From Eledone cirrhosa (lineage: Eukaryota), in NCBI GenBank assembly GCA_964016885.1, contig OZ024743.1, positions 76,942,001 through 77,006,000 on the forward strand: DNA of 64,000 bases. Reading direction: 5' to 3'. Below the pieces are notes generated by a model. The model made no database searches, had not been told where the DNA came from, and saw only the letters and a program-made list of their open reading frames with translations. The translations under genes were made by a program, and so were the position numbers. Positions 1-13,654 of this stretch are shown in pieces; position 1 is the stretch's first letter; each line of letters starts with the position of its first letter.

Positions 1-197
1 AGGGTGGTGGATTGGCAGTATCGGTAGAGGGTCGGACGCCATGCTTTCCAGCATAGTTACGTCCCTTTATGATCTGAGTTCAAATCCCGCCGAGGTTGAC
101 TTTGCCTTTCATCCTTACGGGGTCGATAAAATAAAGTACCAGTAATGCACTGGGTAATTTGCTGGCCTTGTGCCTAAAGTAGAAACAATTATTATAA
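1..197 (+). mobile_element. tRNA-derived SINE (Nin/Deu-domain-like core)
   Basis: A-box-like GGTGGATTGGCAGTATCGG and B-box GAGTTCAAATCC, then GCCTTTCATCCTT..GGGTCGATAAAATAAAGTACCAG core and (ATT) tail; many copies elsewhere in the window. Confidence 0.8.
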
Positions 198-204
198 TGG
201 TTTC

Positions 205-375
205 TGAGCGGTGATTGGCAGCAGAATCGGTAGAGTGTCGGACAATATGCTTAAGCTCGCAAAGTTGACCTCAGCAGGATTTGAACTCAGAACACAGTGA
301 GCCATAACTAAATACTACCAAGCATGTTGTCCGACGCTCTCCCGATTTTACCAATCTAGCGCCCTTCAATTATGA
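205..375. mobile_element. degenerate SINE pieces (+ head, - body)
   Basis: ggtgattggcagcagaatcggtagag head followed by reverse-complement B-box (ggatttgaactc). Confidence 0.55.
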
Positions 376-523
376 TTATAAGGAATTACAATCCTGACCA
401 AAGAACATAACTACATCTCATAAACCATAATTTCAGAGTTGTGTGGATTTGGGTTGATAACATTCTGTAGCCGGCATTAAATTTTTTTTCTGGCTGTCTA
501 ATGTACACCTGTGTGTATATATA

Positions 524-586
<63 letters not shown>

Positions 587-930
587 ATATATATACCTAT
601 CGACCGACCAACAAACGACAACCAGACAGACTACCAACACTGCCAGTATCAAAGACTGAATATAGGTAGTATAATGGATTGACAACGAAGCACCATCCCA
701 CTCTCACAGTAAAGAGGAACTGCCTCCACCTTTGCTTTACCGCACCTATTCCGCGCGCACGCACGATCTACAGAATATGTCAATTGTACACAAACGGCGG
801 ACAACAGAGGCCACTTACCGTTCTTCTTCGACTAACCCCCCGGAAAAAACCCCAGTTGATGGATGCGAAATCTGAAATGTAGGGACAATTAAATCTCTTC
901 CAGGTTAACTCTAACTCGTGTCATTATTTT

Positions 931-1123
931 AGGGCGGTGGATGGCAGTATCGGTAGAGAGTCTGACGCCATGCTTTGCAGCAAAGAGTTACGGCCCTTGC
1001 CATTCTGAGTTCAAATCCCGCCGAGGTTAACTTTGCCTTTCATCCTTATGGGGTCGATAAAATAAGGTACCAGTAATACACTGGGATAATTGCTGGCCTT
1101 GTGCCAAAAGTAGAAACAATTAT
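931..1123 (+). mobile_element. tRNA-derived SINE, same family as 1-197
   Basis: colinear similarity to 1-197 including A/B boxes and core. Confidence 0.8.
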
Positions 1124-1263
1124 TTTTACACTCTTTCCTACGTTCCTCTACACACTATATGTCTCATTCTACATTTCCTCTTACAGCTCTTTCTTCACTA
1201 TCGGATACTGTTACCCGGAGATTTACCCAGCTGCATTGTTGAGGCTTCCCAAACGACCAAATT

Positions 1264-2086
<823 letters not shown>

Positions 2087-2344
2087 TATATATATATTTG
2101 TTTGACCTGTATATATATATATATATATATATATAAGCGATGCGTTATGTCCTTGAGCAAGACACTTTATTTCACGTTGCCCCTTCTACCTGGAGTTGCG
2201 ACCGATAGAGAGTATTAGCAATTGGAAAGTCCAACGGAAACATTGTTTCCTCGGTCCGATTTGACGAAGTCGATCGACTTATATATATATATGGAAAAGA
2301 ATGAAATGAAATTTCATTTCTCACTCTTAGTACGGCTGATATAC

Positions 2345-2503
<159 letters not shown>

Positions 2504-2950
2504 CATATGTATATGTATATATATATATATATAAGATGTGGTGGAGCTGGCGTTTTATGACCTCTTGAAATCAGACTGAATGTTTTTTTATTTATTTATC
2601 CAATTATTTATTAATTAATTTATGTATTCATTTGTTGTTTTTTTAAATTAAAGACATGAAATTCTCCCATTTGAGCCGTGAATACATAAATTTAAATTTG
2701 GTAATCAGCGGCGGCTTGGTCAAGTAAAAAGTTAATTAGAGTCTAGTTACTGGTCACTGGTCTTCTCTACAAGGAACACTGTCTCTTTCAATTTCTGGAA
2801 TTTAATTTTAACGAAACAAAACCGATTTCCATGCGACACTCATTAAATAATTAAATAATTAAATAAAGTTTTGTTTTCAGAATCTCATATCTACCCAGCA
2901 GTATCACCACATCATGTATATATATATATATATGTGTGTGTGTATGTGAG

Positions 2951-2986
<36 letters not shown>

Positions 2987-3278
2987 ACAACAAATAACGA
3001 AACGAAATTAAATTTCGTTTCGTTTGTAACTCACTTTTGTATGACTGACGCTTAAACAATTAAGTTAAAAATGTACATCCACATATGTATACTGAAATAC
3101 TAGTATGCATATGAATACACACACGTATACATATGTAGATGTACCGAGTTTTTCACTGGTCACTTTACTGTGAGTGTCCAGCTATTCTGTATGTAAACAC
3201 ACAGACAAACCGGTTTTTAGAGTCATACTGGTTTTTGAGGAAACACCTTTCCTCTATTCTCCAGAAAGCCAGACAAGG

Positions 3279-3323
3279 AATATTGAACTAGTTTCGATGT
3301 TGTTACATCTCATCAGCAATATT
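3279..3323 (-). ncRNA. minimal type I hammerhead ribozyme (GUU triplet)
   Basis: AATATTG-CTGATGA-GATGT aaca ACATC-GAAA-C TA G-TT-CAATATT on minus strand. Confidence 0.7.
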
Positions 3324-3697
3324 TACCTATCTTCCGGCCTTTCTAGAGAATCGTAAAAGCACATATCGTTATATGCTTTTTCTATGAAAATTAGTAGTGG
3401 GCAGACTAATTTGCATAGAGCGTGAGTACGTACCGGTTCAACGGAGACGATAACAACAAATAACGAAACGAAATTAAATTTCGTTTCGTTTGTAACTCAC
3501 TTTTGTATGACTGACGCTTAATGAGTTACAAACGAAACGAAATTTAATTTCGTTTCGTTATTTGTTGTTATCGTCTCCGTTGAACCGGTACGTACTCACG
3601 CTCTATGCAAATTAGTCTGCCCACTACTAATTTTCATAGAAAAAGCATATAACGATATGTGCTTTTACGATTCTCTAGAAAGGCCGGAAGATAGGTA

Positions 3698-3742
3698 AAT
3701 ATTGCTGATGAGATGTAACAACATCGAAACTAGTCCAATATT
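3698..3742 (+). ncRNA. minimal type I hammerhead ribozyme (GUC triplet)
   Basis: stem I AATATTG/CAATATT, core CTGATGA, stem II GATGT/ACATC, GAAA, palindromic mini stem III ACTAGT, cleavage triplet GTC. Confidence 0.8.
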
Positions 3743-4030
3743 CCTTGTCTGGCTTTCTGGAGAATAGAGGAAAGGTGTTTCCTCAAAAACCAGTATGACT
3801 CTAAAAACCGGTTTGTCTGTGTGTTTACATACAGAATAGCTGGACACTCACAGTAAAGTGACCAGTGAAAAACTCGGTACATCTACATATGTATACGTGT
3901 GTGTATTCATATGCATACTAGTATTTCAGTATACATATGTGGATGTACATTTTTAACTTAATTATATATATATATATTAATAAACATTTATTGTACTGCC
4001 TCTCTGTTTTGTCCCTGATCAAATTTTTCC

Positions 4031-4100
<70 letters not shown>

Positions 4101-4125
4101 CATACATATAAATACATATATATAT

Positions 4126-4217
<92 letters not shown>

Positions 4218-4218
4218 A

Positions 4219-4511
<293 letters not shown>

Positions 4512-5007
4512 GTGTGTGTATGTATGTGTGTGTATGCATGTGAGTATATGTGTGTGTGTGTGTATGTGAGTATATATGTACATATATATACGTGTGTGTG
4601 TGCATGTGTAAATATATGTATCTGTGTGTGTATGTGTGTATGCCTCCGAGGCTATTTAGTTTCTATCACAATTAGGCGACCAAATATCTTGACCTGAAAA
4701 TATTCAAAATATATAAATAAATATAAAATATATAAATCTATATTATAAGAGCGCTGTCTGTCCGTCCGTCACTCTCAGTTTACATAAGAGGGGAAACGCC
4801 AAGTGAGAGATATGTATATATAGAGAGAGAAGAGGTAGATAGATAGAAAGCTATGACGTCACCCTCGTCTATATAGAAAGAGGAGGAACACCAAACGAAA
4901 GAGATGTACATAAATAGAGAGAGAAAAGGAAACGCCATTTGTTTAGAAAGAAAGAGAGTGTGTGAGAGATGGAGGGAGAAGACGCCGCCCTAATCTCGTA
5001 AACACAT

Positions 5008-5185
5008 AAATAATAATTGTTTCTACTTTTGGCACAAGGTCAGCAATTATCCCAGTACATTACTGGTACTTTATTTTATCGACTCTGTAAGGATGAAAGG
5101 CAAAGTTAACCTCGACGTGATTTGAACTCAGGCCGGAAAGGGCCGTAACTGTATGCTGCAAAGGCATGACGTCCTACCAAACCAC
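5008..5185 (-). mobile_element. tRNA-derived SINE
   Basis: reverse complement of the family at 1-197. Confidence 0.7.
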
Positions 5186-5354
5186 CATATAAATAATATA
5201 ATAAAGTCTATAAATACCACCATATAAATAATATAATAAAGTCTATAAATAAATATAAACAATTATGAAATGATTGTGAACTTTTGGTAATAAATCGTCA
5301 AGTTCGACCATACCGTTGCTGCCATTTAGATAGTCTACAGCAGCCAAGCACCCC

Positions 5355-5545
5355 AATAATAATTGTTTCTACTTTTGGCACAAGGCCAGCAATTATCAGT
5401 AGATTACTGGTACTTTACTTTATCGACCCCGTAAGGATGAAAGGCAAAGTTAACCTCGGCGGGATTTGAACTCAAATCATAAAGGGTCGTAACTCTATAC
5501 TGAAAAGGCATGGCGTCCGACCCTTTACCGATACTGCCAATCAAC
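5355..5545 (-). mobile_element. tRNA-derived SINE
   Basis: reverse complement of the family at 1-197, includes head (taccgatactgccaatc). Confidence 0.75.
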
Positions 5546-5599
5546 TGGACATTACTCCCATCTGAATAGTTCTACTGCAGCCAGGCACCTCAATAATAA

Positions 5600-7125
5600 T
5601 GGATATTATTCTAGCAATATGGACATTATTCTAGCAATATAGACATTATTCTGGCAATATGGACATTATTCTTGCAATATTGACATTATTCTAGAAATAT
5701 GGACATTATTCTAGCAATATAGACATTATTTTAGCAATATAGACATTATTCTAGCAATATGGACATTATTCTAGCAATATTGACATTATTCTAGCAGTAT
5801 GGACATTATTCTAGCAATATAGACATTATTCTAGCAGTATGGACATTATTCTAGCAATATAGACATTATTCTAGCAATATAGACATTATTCTAGCAGTAT
5901 GGACATTATTCTAGCAATATGGACATTATTCTAGCAATATGGACATTATTTTAGCAATATAGACATTATTCTAGCAATATAGACATTATTCTAGCAGTAT
6001 GGACATTATTCTAGCAATATGGACATTATTCTAGCAATATGGACATTATTCTAGCAATATAGCCCTTATTCTAGCAGTATGGACATTATTCTAGCAATAT
6101 AGACATTATTCTAGCAGTATGGACATTATTCTAGCAATATAGACATTATTCTAGCAATATAGACATTATTCTAGCAATATGGACATTATTCTAGCAATAT
6201 GGACATTATTCTAGCAATATAGCCATTATTCTAGCAGTATGGACATTATTCTAGCAATATGGACATTATTCTAGCAATATGGACATTATTCTAGCAATAT
6301 AGCCATTATTCTAGCAGTATGGACATTATTCTAGCAATATAGACATTATTCTAGCAGTATGGACATTATTCTATCAATATAGACATTATTCTAGCAATAT
6401 AGACATTATTCTAGCAATATGGACATTATTCTAGCAATATGGACATTATTCTAGCAATATAGCCATTATTCTAGCAGTATGGACATTATTCTAGCAATAT
6501 AGACATTATTCTAGCAGTATGGACATTATTCTCGCAATATAGACATTATTCTAGCAGTATGGACATTATTCTAGCAATATAGACATTATTCTAGCAGTAT
6601 GGACATTATTCTAGCAATATAGCCATTATTCTAGCAGTATGGACAGTATTCTAGCAATATAGACATTATTCTAGCAATATAGCCATTATTCTAGCAGTAT
6701 GGACATTATTCTAGCAATATAGACATTATTCTAGCAATATAGACATTATTCTAGCAATATAGACATTATTCTAGCAATATGGACATTATTCTAGCAATAT
6801 AGACATTATTCTAGCAATATAGCCATTATTCTAGCAGTATGGACATTATTCTAGCAATATGGACATTATTCTAGCAATGTAGACATTATTCTAGCAATAT
6901 GGACATTATTCTAGCAATATAGACATTATTCTAGCAATATAGACATTATTCTAGCAATATAGACATTATTCTAGCAATATGGACATTATTCTAGCAATAT
7001 AGACATTATTCTAGCAATATAGACATTATTCTAGCAATATGGACATTATTCTAGCAATATGGACATTATTCTAGCAATATGGACATTATTCTAGCAATAT
7101 GGACATTATTCTAGCAATATGGACA
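5600..7125. repeat. 20-bp minisatellite (~76 copies)
   Basis: unit (g/a)gacattattctagca(a/g)tat repeated in exact 20-nt register. Confidence 0.95.
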
Positions 7126-7689
7126 TCATGGTTCAATAAGTTAATGGTTGGCTGAACAGAGTTTTTAGTTTGTGCGGGGTTGGCGGGGGAAGCGGGGGTT
7201 GGGCGGAGGAGTGGTGAGGGTGAGGAGGAAGTGGGGAGGGAATGGCGAGTGTGTCGAGGGGGGAGTGTGGATGAGGAAGGGGAGGAAATGGTGGGGGCGG
7301 GTGTGGTGGGGATGGAGTGGGGGATGAGGATGAGGTGGCCGGGGGGTGAGGGTGGACGTGGGAGGTATTATTATTAATAATTTTTTCATATTGAGAAAGT
7401 CTTTATTTCGTTTTAATCTATTAAATATGGATCCTCACTATATACAGATGTGTAACTCACACACACACACACACACACATGGATTACATACACACATACA
7501 CTCTCTCCCACACACACATGGATATACACACTCACACACACACACGCATACAGATGTATATGCATTTACACAATGCATACACACACCAAACACACACACA
7601 CACACACCATGCTGTAATCGAAAGAAATTATAATTTGAATTGTCCTCCATTTATGGACGAAAAGAAAGGAAAGGAAAAGTAAGAAAGAA

Positions 7690-7765
<76 letters not shown>

Positions 7766-7780
7766 AGAAGAAGAAACGAT

Positions 7781-7842
<62 letters not shown>

Positions 7843-8111
7843 TGCCGAGTTCAATATTGCAATCGATCGGAAGGGATTGTAAAGGTAATGAGAATATTCC
7901 AAATTAGTAGAATCGATGAGGGGGAAGGATCTGATCTGGAGACATCAAATCTTTATAATTACTGTCAGATATTATGTCACATGTGAGAGGGGGAACAGAC
8001 ACACATACACACATATATATACAGACAGACACACACATATATATATATATATTTAGACACAAACAGACACATATGAGAGGGAGAACAGACCGACAGAGAG
8101 AAAGAAAGTAG

Positions 8112-8200
<89 letters not shown>

Positions 8201-8397
8201 AGTGAGAGAGATAGTAGGAGAGAGAGACTGACAGAGAGAAAGAAAGTAGGAGAGAGAGACTGAAAGAAAGTGGGAGAGAGAAAGAGACCGGCAGAGAGAA
8301 AGAAAGTGGGAGAGAGAGAAAACGATAAAAATGAGTCCCTAAACAACAACAATTATGTTTCTAATGTTTATAAGTTGTATTAAAGTCAGTTGATTGA

Positions 8398-8436
8398 AGG
8401 TCAGAGGTCACAGGTCATCGATGAATATTTAGGTCA
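8398..8436 (+). promoter_or_regulatory. candidate nuclear-receptor element cluster (AGGTCA x3 in DR1 spacing plus a 4th half-site)
   Basis: AGGTCA g AGGTCA c AGGTCA at 8398-8417 and AGGTCA at 8431-8436. Confidence 0.35.
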
Positions 8437-8617
8437 AAAGACTTTAATTAGTGGATTCTATTGCAATGGAAGTGTGTGTGTGTATATATGTATAAATATA
8501 TAGATGTGTGTGTATGTATATATATATATATATATATATATCTGTGTGTATATATATATATGGGTGTGTGTATGTATGTGTGCGTGTGTATGTATATGCA
8601 TATATGTGTGTGAGTGC

Positions 8618-9313
<696 letters not shown>

Positions 9314-9367
9314 GAAAGGTATAGAAAACACTGCAGCGAAAAGCGAACACCATTCCATAGTATATAA

Positions 9368-9457
<90 letters not shown>

Positions 9458-9658
9458 CAAATATATGTTCCCTTCGCCTTACGCGAATTCTGGTCCCAAT
9501 AACATTTTTTAGTTATTGCTCGCACCAACCTGAGGTATCTGATTTTTAAAGCGATGAAATACCAATGATGGTTGGAAAATCACTGACGAAGGACTATTTT
9601 TATCATATGTAACCCATGTGCAAACCACGCAGTATTCTTCTTTCTTCTCATGTTTTTT

Positions 9659-9726
<68 letters not shown>

Positions 9727-9730
<4 letters not shown>

Positions 9731-10010
9731 TGGCTGCCAACTCGTTTTCGAGTACGGCCAGTACTTTATATCCATGCAGGAGAACCCCTACCGATGCGCT
9801 GAACGAGTGTGACTTTTTAGTCCAGCCAGCGACTTGAAAACTCTGGTAGAAACACTACACTTGTGACAATTATTGACATATAGTGCTGGGCCGATGGTAC
9901 CATGTGACGACAAGTGCAGAGAGATCTCCAGATGTAAAGCAATGCCTGTGCCGTGAAGCTTTTATAGTGAGCAAAGGCACTGCACAAAGCCAGTCCCACT
10001 CTCTTAACCA

Positions 10011-10012
<2 letters not shown>
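9727..10012. mobile_element. dispersed repeat, diverged second copy at ~12698-12841 (possibly RTE-related non-autonomous element)
   Basis: shared tggctgcc..ctcgtt..cgagta.ggcca start and gcaatgcctgtg..gcca.tcccactctct end. Confidence 0.4.
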
Positions 10013-10065
<53 letters not shown>

Positions 10066-10066
10066 C

Positions 10067-10403
10067 ATACAATGATATTAAATAAATGAAAACTATATTT
10101 ATAAAACCATATTTATTCTATTATATATATTTCACGGGTACCAAAATTTTGGTACGTTATCATCACATAAAATACGAAGTGTTTTATAAATTTTGACATA
10201 ACCAAGGAGAAATATACGTTAACGGTTCAAGTTTTCCTTGAACCGTTAATGTATATTTCTCCTTGGTTAAATCAAAATTTATAAAACACACTTCGTATTT
10301 TATGTGATGATAACGTACCAAAATTTTGGTACCCGTGAAATATATATAATAGAATGAATATGGTTTTATAAATATAGTTTCCATTTATTTAATATCATTG
10401 TAT
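10067..10403. repeat. ~165-bp-arm palindrome containing degenerate hammerhead cores
   Basis: arms 10067-10231 / 10237-10403; GTGATGA..GTACCAAAATTTTGGTAC..GAAA TATATATA at 10304-10348. Confidence 0.75.
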
Positions 10404-10494
10404 ATTATACTCCAGAAAACTTGTTGAGTGCTCTAAATCAGTTATAAACATTTATATTTGTTGAATTACCAACAAATTGAATATCCCTTCTGCT

Positions 10495-10540
<46 letters not shown>

Positions 10541-10579
10541 CACACACACACACATATATATATATGTGTGTGTGTATAT

Positions 10580-10661
<82 letters not shown>

Positions 10662-10708
10662 CAAGATATTAATAAATGAAAAATATTCTCATAACCAAAG
10701 TATATATA

Positions 10709-10765
10709 TTTATTATACATATTTCAAACGTATAATGGTGTTTCAGTACGTTTTCATCAGATAAA
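10709..10765 (-). ncRNA. type I hammerhead ribozyme candidate (AUA triplet)
   Basis: TTTAT-CTGATGA-AAACGTA..TACGTTT-GAAA-T ATGT A-TA-ATAAA; 5-bp stem I, 7-bp stem II. Confidence 0.6.
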
Positions 10766-10834
10766 ATATATAAAAAATTGGATATGCGACATACCGCTAA
10801 GGTTTTGAATATTCAATTCCTGTAGTGGTATATA

Positions 10835-10868
<34 letters not shown>

Positions 10869-11279
10869 CACACATATATATATACATATATATATACATT
10901 GTTATACTTTGGGAGGGTCATGTTGCCAATAAGAAACACACGCACCAGTTGCTTTCACTCCAATTTATTATAAATTAAATTTATAAATTTACGCTTGGTT
11001 GGTTGGTTCCACAGCCGGACGGTTGTTCATATATTGTCAAAGTTCTTTCGTCGCACATTCTGTGACCTCTTCAGTGACTGGGGATTCTTTTCTTTGTTTT
11101 GTGCCTCTCCTTTGTTCTGTCCTACGCCATCTTGTTTTTGTGTGTGTTGTGTACTTAGTTTGCACATGTGTTACATCCGGGTGTCTGTGTGTGTTTTTAT
11201 TTGTTTATTTATTTGTTTATTTACATGTTACTGGTTGGTTGTCTGTTCTATGTGTGTGTGTGTGTTTTCATTTTGTCCT

Positions 11280-11660
11280 TAATTGTAAGTTGTGATGTTG
11301 CTATTCCATTCATGTGTTCTATTTAATTTTGGTTGGAATAAATTTATGTTTATTGCCTCTGTGATTTGTCTAAACATTGTGTCTTTTCTGTGTGTAGATT
11401 TTATTTTTATTTCTATGTTCTCTAATTTGCCTTTATGTTCTATTTTAGCATGTGGAGTATTGATAATTCTTTTTTATCTTGAAGCTCTCGCCAGTGTTCA
11501 TTTAACCGTTCTCCTATACTACAAGCTGTCTCACCTATGTACACTATATTCTTATCTTTACATTGTCCCTCAGTACATCTTATGCTATATACTACATTTC
11601 TAGTTTTACAGTTAATATGGGGGCTTAGTTTACAGATTATGCATTTCTTATCTATACAGG
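11280..11660 (-). pseudogene. GIY-YIG endonuclease domain of Penelope-like element (frameshifted)
   Basis: manual translation: CIDKKCIICK..NCKTRNVVYSIRC..VYIGETACSIGERLNEH, frameshift, then ..FRQITEAININLFQPKLNR..*. Confidence 0.85.
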
Positions 11661-12223
11661 GAGGTCTTTGAAAAGGGTATGTATTGCTAATGTTTTTATG
11701 GAGGTACCTGGTCTTTCTACTACCTTAATATTAATTTTAAGTTTATCTAGGGCCCTTTTAAATTTGTAAGCTAATTCACCTCTAGGGGTTGAACATTACA
11801 CTCTGGTATTTATTGCTATCATACCATGAGTTTATTCTATTAACCTTATTCCTAGTTCTATTCTATTCCAAAATTTGCTCCTATACAAGGGGCAGGTCCC
11901 ATTTGTATCATTATTTACCATTTTTTCCCATTTGGTTCTGGCTCCTCTATATACTCTATAGGCAATAAACATAAATGAACTCCAACCAAAATTAAATAGA
12001 AAACATGAATGGAATAGCAACATCACAACTTACAATTAAGGACAAAATGAAAACACACACACACATAGAACAAACAACCAACCAGTAACATGTAAATAAA
12101 CAAATAAAAACACACACAGACACCCGGATGTAACATGCGCAAACTAAGCACACAACACACACAAAAACAAGATGGCGTAGGACAGAACAAAGGAGAGGCA
12201 CAAAACAAAGAAAAGAATCCCCA

Positions 12224-12266
12224 GTCACTGAAGAGGTCACAGAATATGTGACGAAAGAACTTTGAC
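12224..12266 (+). ncRNA. hammerhead ribozyme motif in pseudo-LTR (mirror copy ~11036-11078, minus)
   Basis: GTCA-CTGAAGA-g-GTCACA gaata TGTGAC-GAAA-G AA C-TT-TGAC. Confidence 0.6.
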
Positions 12267-12842
12267 AATATATGAACAACCGTCCGGCTGTGGAACCAAC
12301 CAACCAACAGGAAATTTATAAATTCTTAAATTTATAAATTTAATTTATAATAAATTGGAGTGAAAGTAACTGGTGCGTGTGTTTCTTATTGGCAACATGA
12401 CCCTCCCAAAGTATAACAATATCGGTTACAGCACACGTTTTCAGATAAAGAATCTTGCTAAACAAATTCAGAAACGAAACATATATATACACATATATAT
12501 ATATATATACGCACATATATATATATATATGCACATATATATATATACACACATATATATATATATACACATATATATATATATACACACATATATATAT
12601 ATACACATATATATATATGTGTATATATATATACACATATATATATATACACATATATATATACACATATATATATATATATACACATATATATATATGA
12701 TGGCTGCCCCCTCGTTATCGAGTATGGCCATTACACGATATAACATTATTAATTAATTCTGTAGTGCAATGCCTGTGCGTGAAGATATTTTTTAAACTGA
12801 CGAAAGACTGTGCACTGAGCCAATCCCACTCTCTGAGCGGGA

Positions 12843-13612
12843 TTACTACTACCACCATTACCACCACCACCACTACCATTACTACCACCACCACCACTAC
12901 CATTACTACCACCACCACCACTACCAATACTACCACCACCACTACCATTACTACCACTACTACTACCACCATTACCACCACCACCACTACCATTACTACC
13001 ACAGCCACTACCATTACTACCACTACCACTACCATTACTACCACCACCACCACTACCAATACTACCACCACCACTACCATTACTACCACCACCACTACCA
13101 ATACTACCACCACCACTACCATTACTACCACCACCACTACCAATACTACCACCACCACTACCATTACTACCACAGCCACTACCATTACTACCACCACCAC
13201 CACTACCAATACTACCACCACCACTACCATTACTACCACCACCACTACCATTACTACCACCACCACTACCATTACTACCACCACCACTACCACCATTACC
13301 ACCGCCACTACCATTACTACCACTACCGCTACCACCATTACCACAGCCACTACCATTACTACCACCACCACTACCAATACTACCACCACCACCACTACCA
13401 ATACTACCACCACCACCATTACTACCACCACCACTACCATTACTACCACCACCACTACCACAACCACTACCATTCTACTACCACCACCACCACCATTACT
13501 ACCACCACTACCATTACTACCTCCACCACTACCAATACCAATACTACCACCACCACTACCACCATTACTGTCACCACCACCACCACCACCATTACTACCA
13601 CCACCACTACCA
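12843..13612. repeat. (CAC/TAC/CAT) compound trinucleotide repeat
   Basis: source of the poly-T/poly-V ORFs. Confidence 0.9.
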
Positions 13613-13654
13613 CTTTTCCGACGGAATTACTTCATTTATTCACACATATATATA

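Larger units (their letters stand above)
2985..3963. mobile_element. non-coding hammerhead-bearing element: 466-nt unit in partial tandem plus inverted copy (retrozyme / non-autonomous Penelope-like)
   Basis: 71-nt direct repeat 2985-3055 = 3451-3521; inverted arms 3058-3499 / 3522-3963; (TA)n on both sides. Confidence 0.75.
10898..12480 (-). mobile_element. 5'-truncated Penelope-like retroelement with inverted pseudo-LTRs
   Basis: inverted arms 10898-11358 / 11960-12420, each with a hammerhead core; GIY-YIG coding remnant; flanked by (TA)-rich tracts. Confidence 0.85.

Noticed and set aside
1-110. tRNA gene
   Set aside because: A/B boxes belong to a SINE head; no cloverleaf, and it continues into the SINE core
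3174-3847. Mirror-image 60-aa ORFs
   Set aside because: By-product of the palindrome; GTG start and no recognisable protein; they run antisense to the hammerheads
4737-4990. Possible Helitron 5' end (a|TCTATATTATAAGAG..ctgtctgtccgtccgtc)
   Set aside because: No matching 3' hairpin/CTAG terminus found; insufficient support
9525-9600. ccaac-CTGAGG..GATGAAA..gttgg and a following CTGACGA
   Set aside because: Stem I-like pairing is present but the core and stem III are too degenerate to call; may be another decayed module
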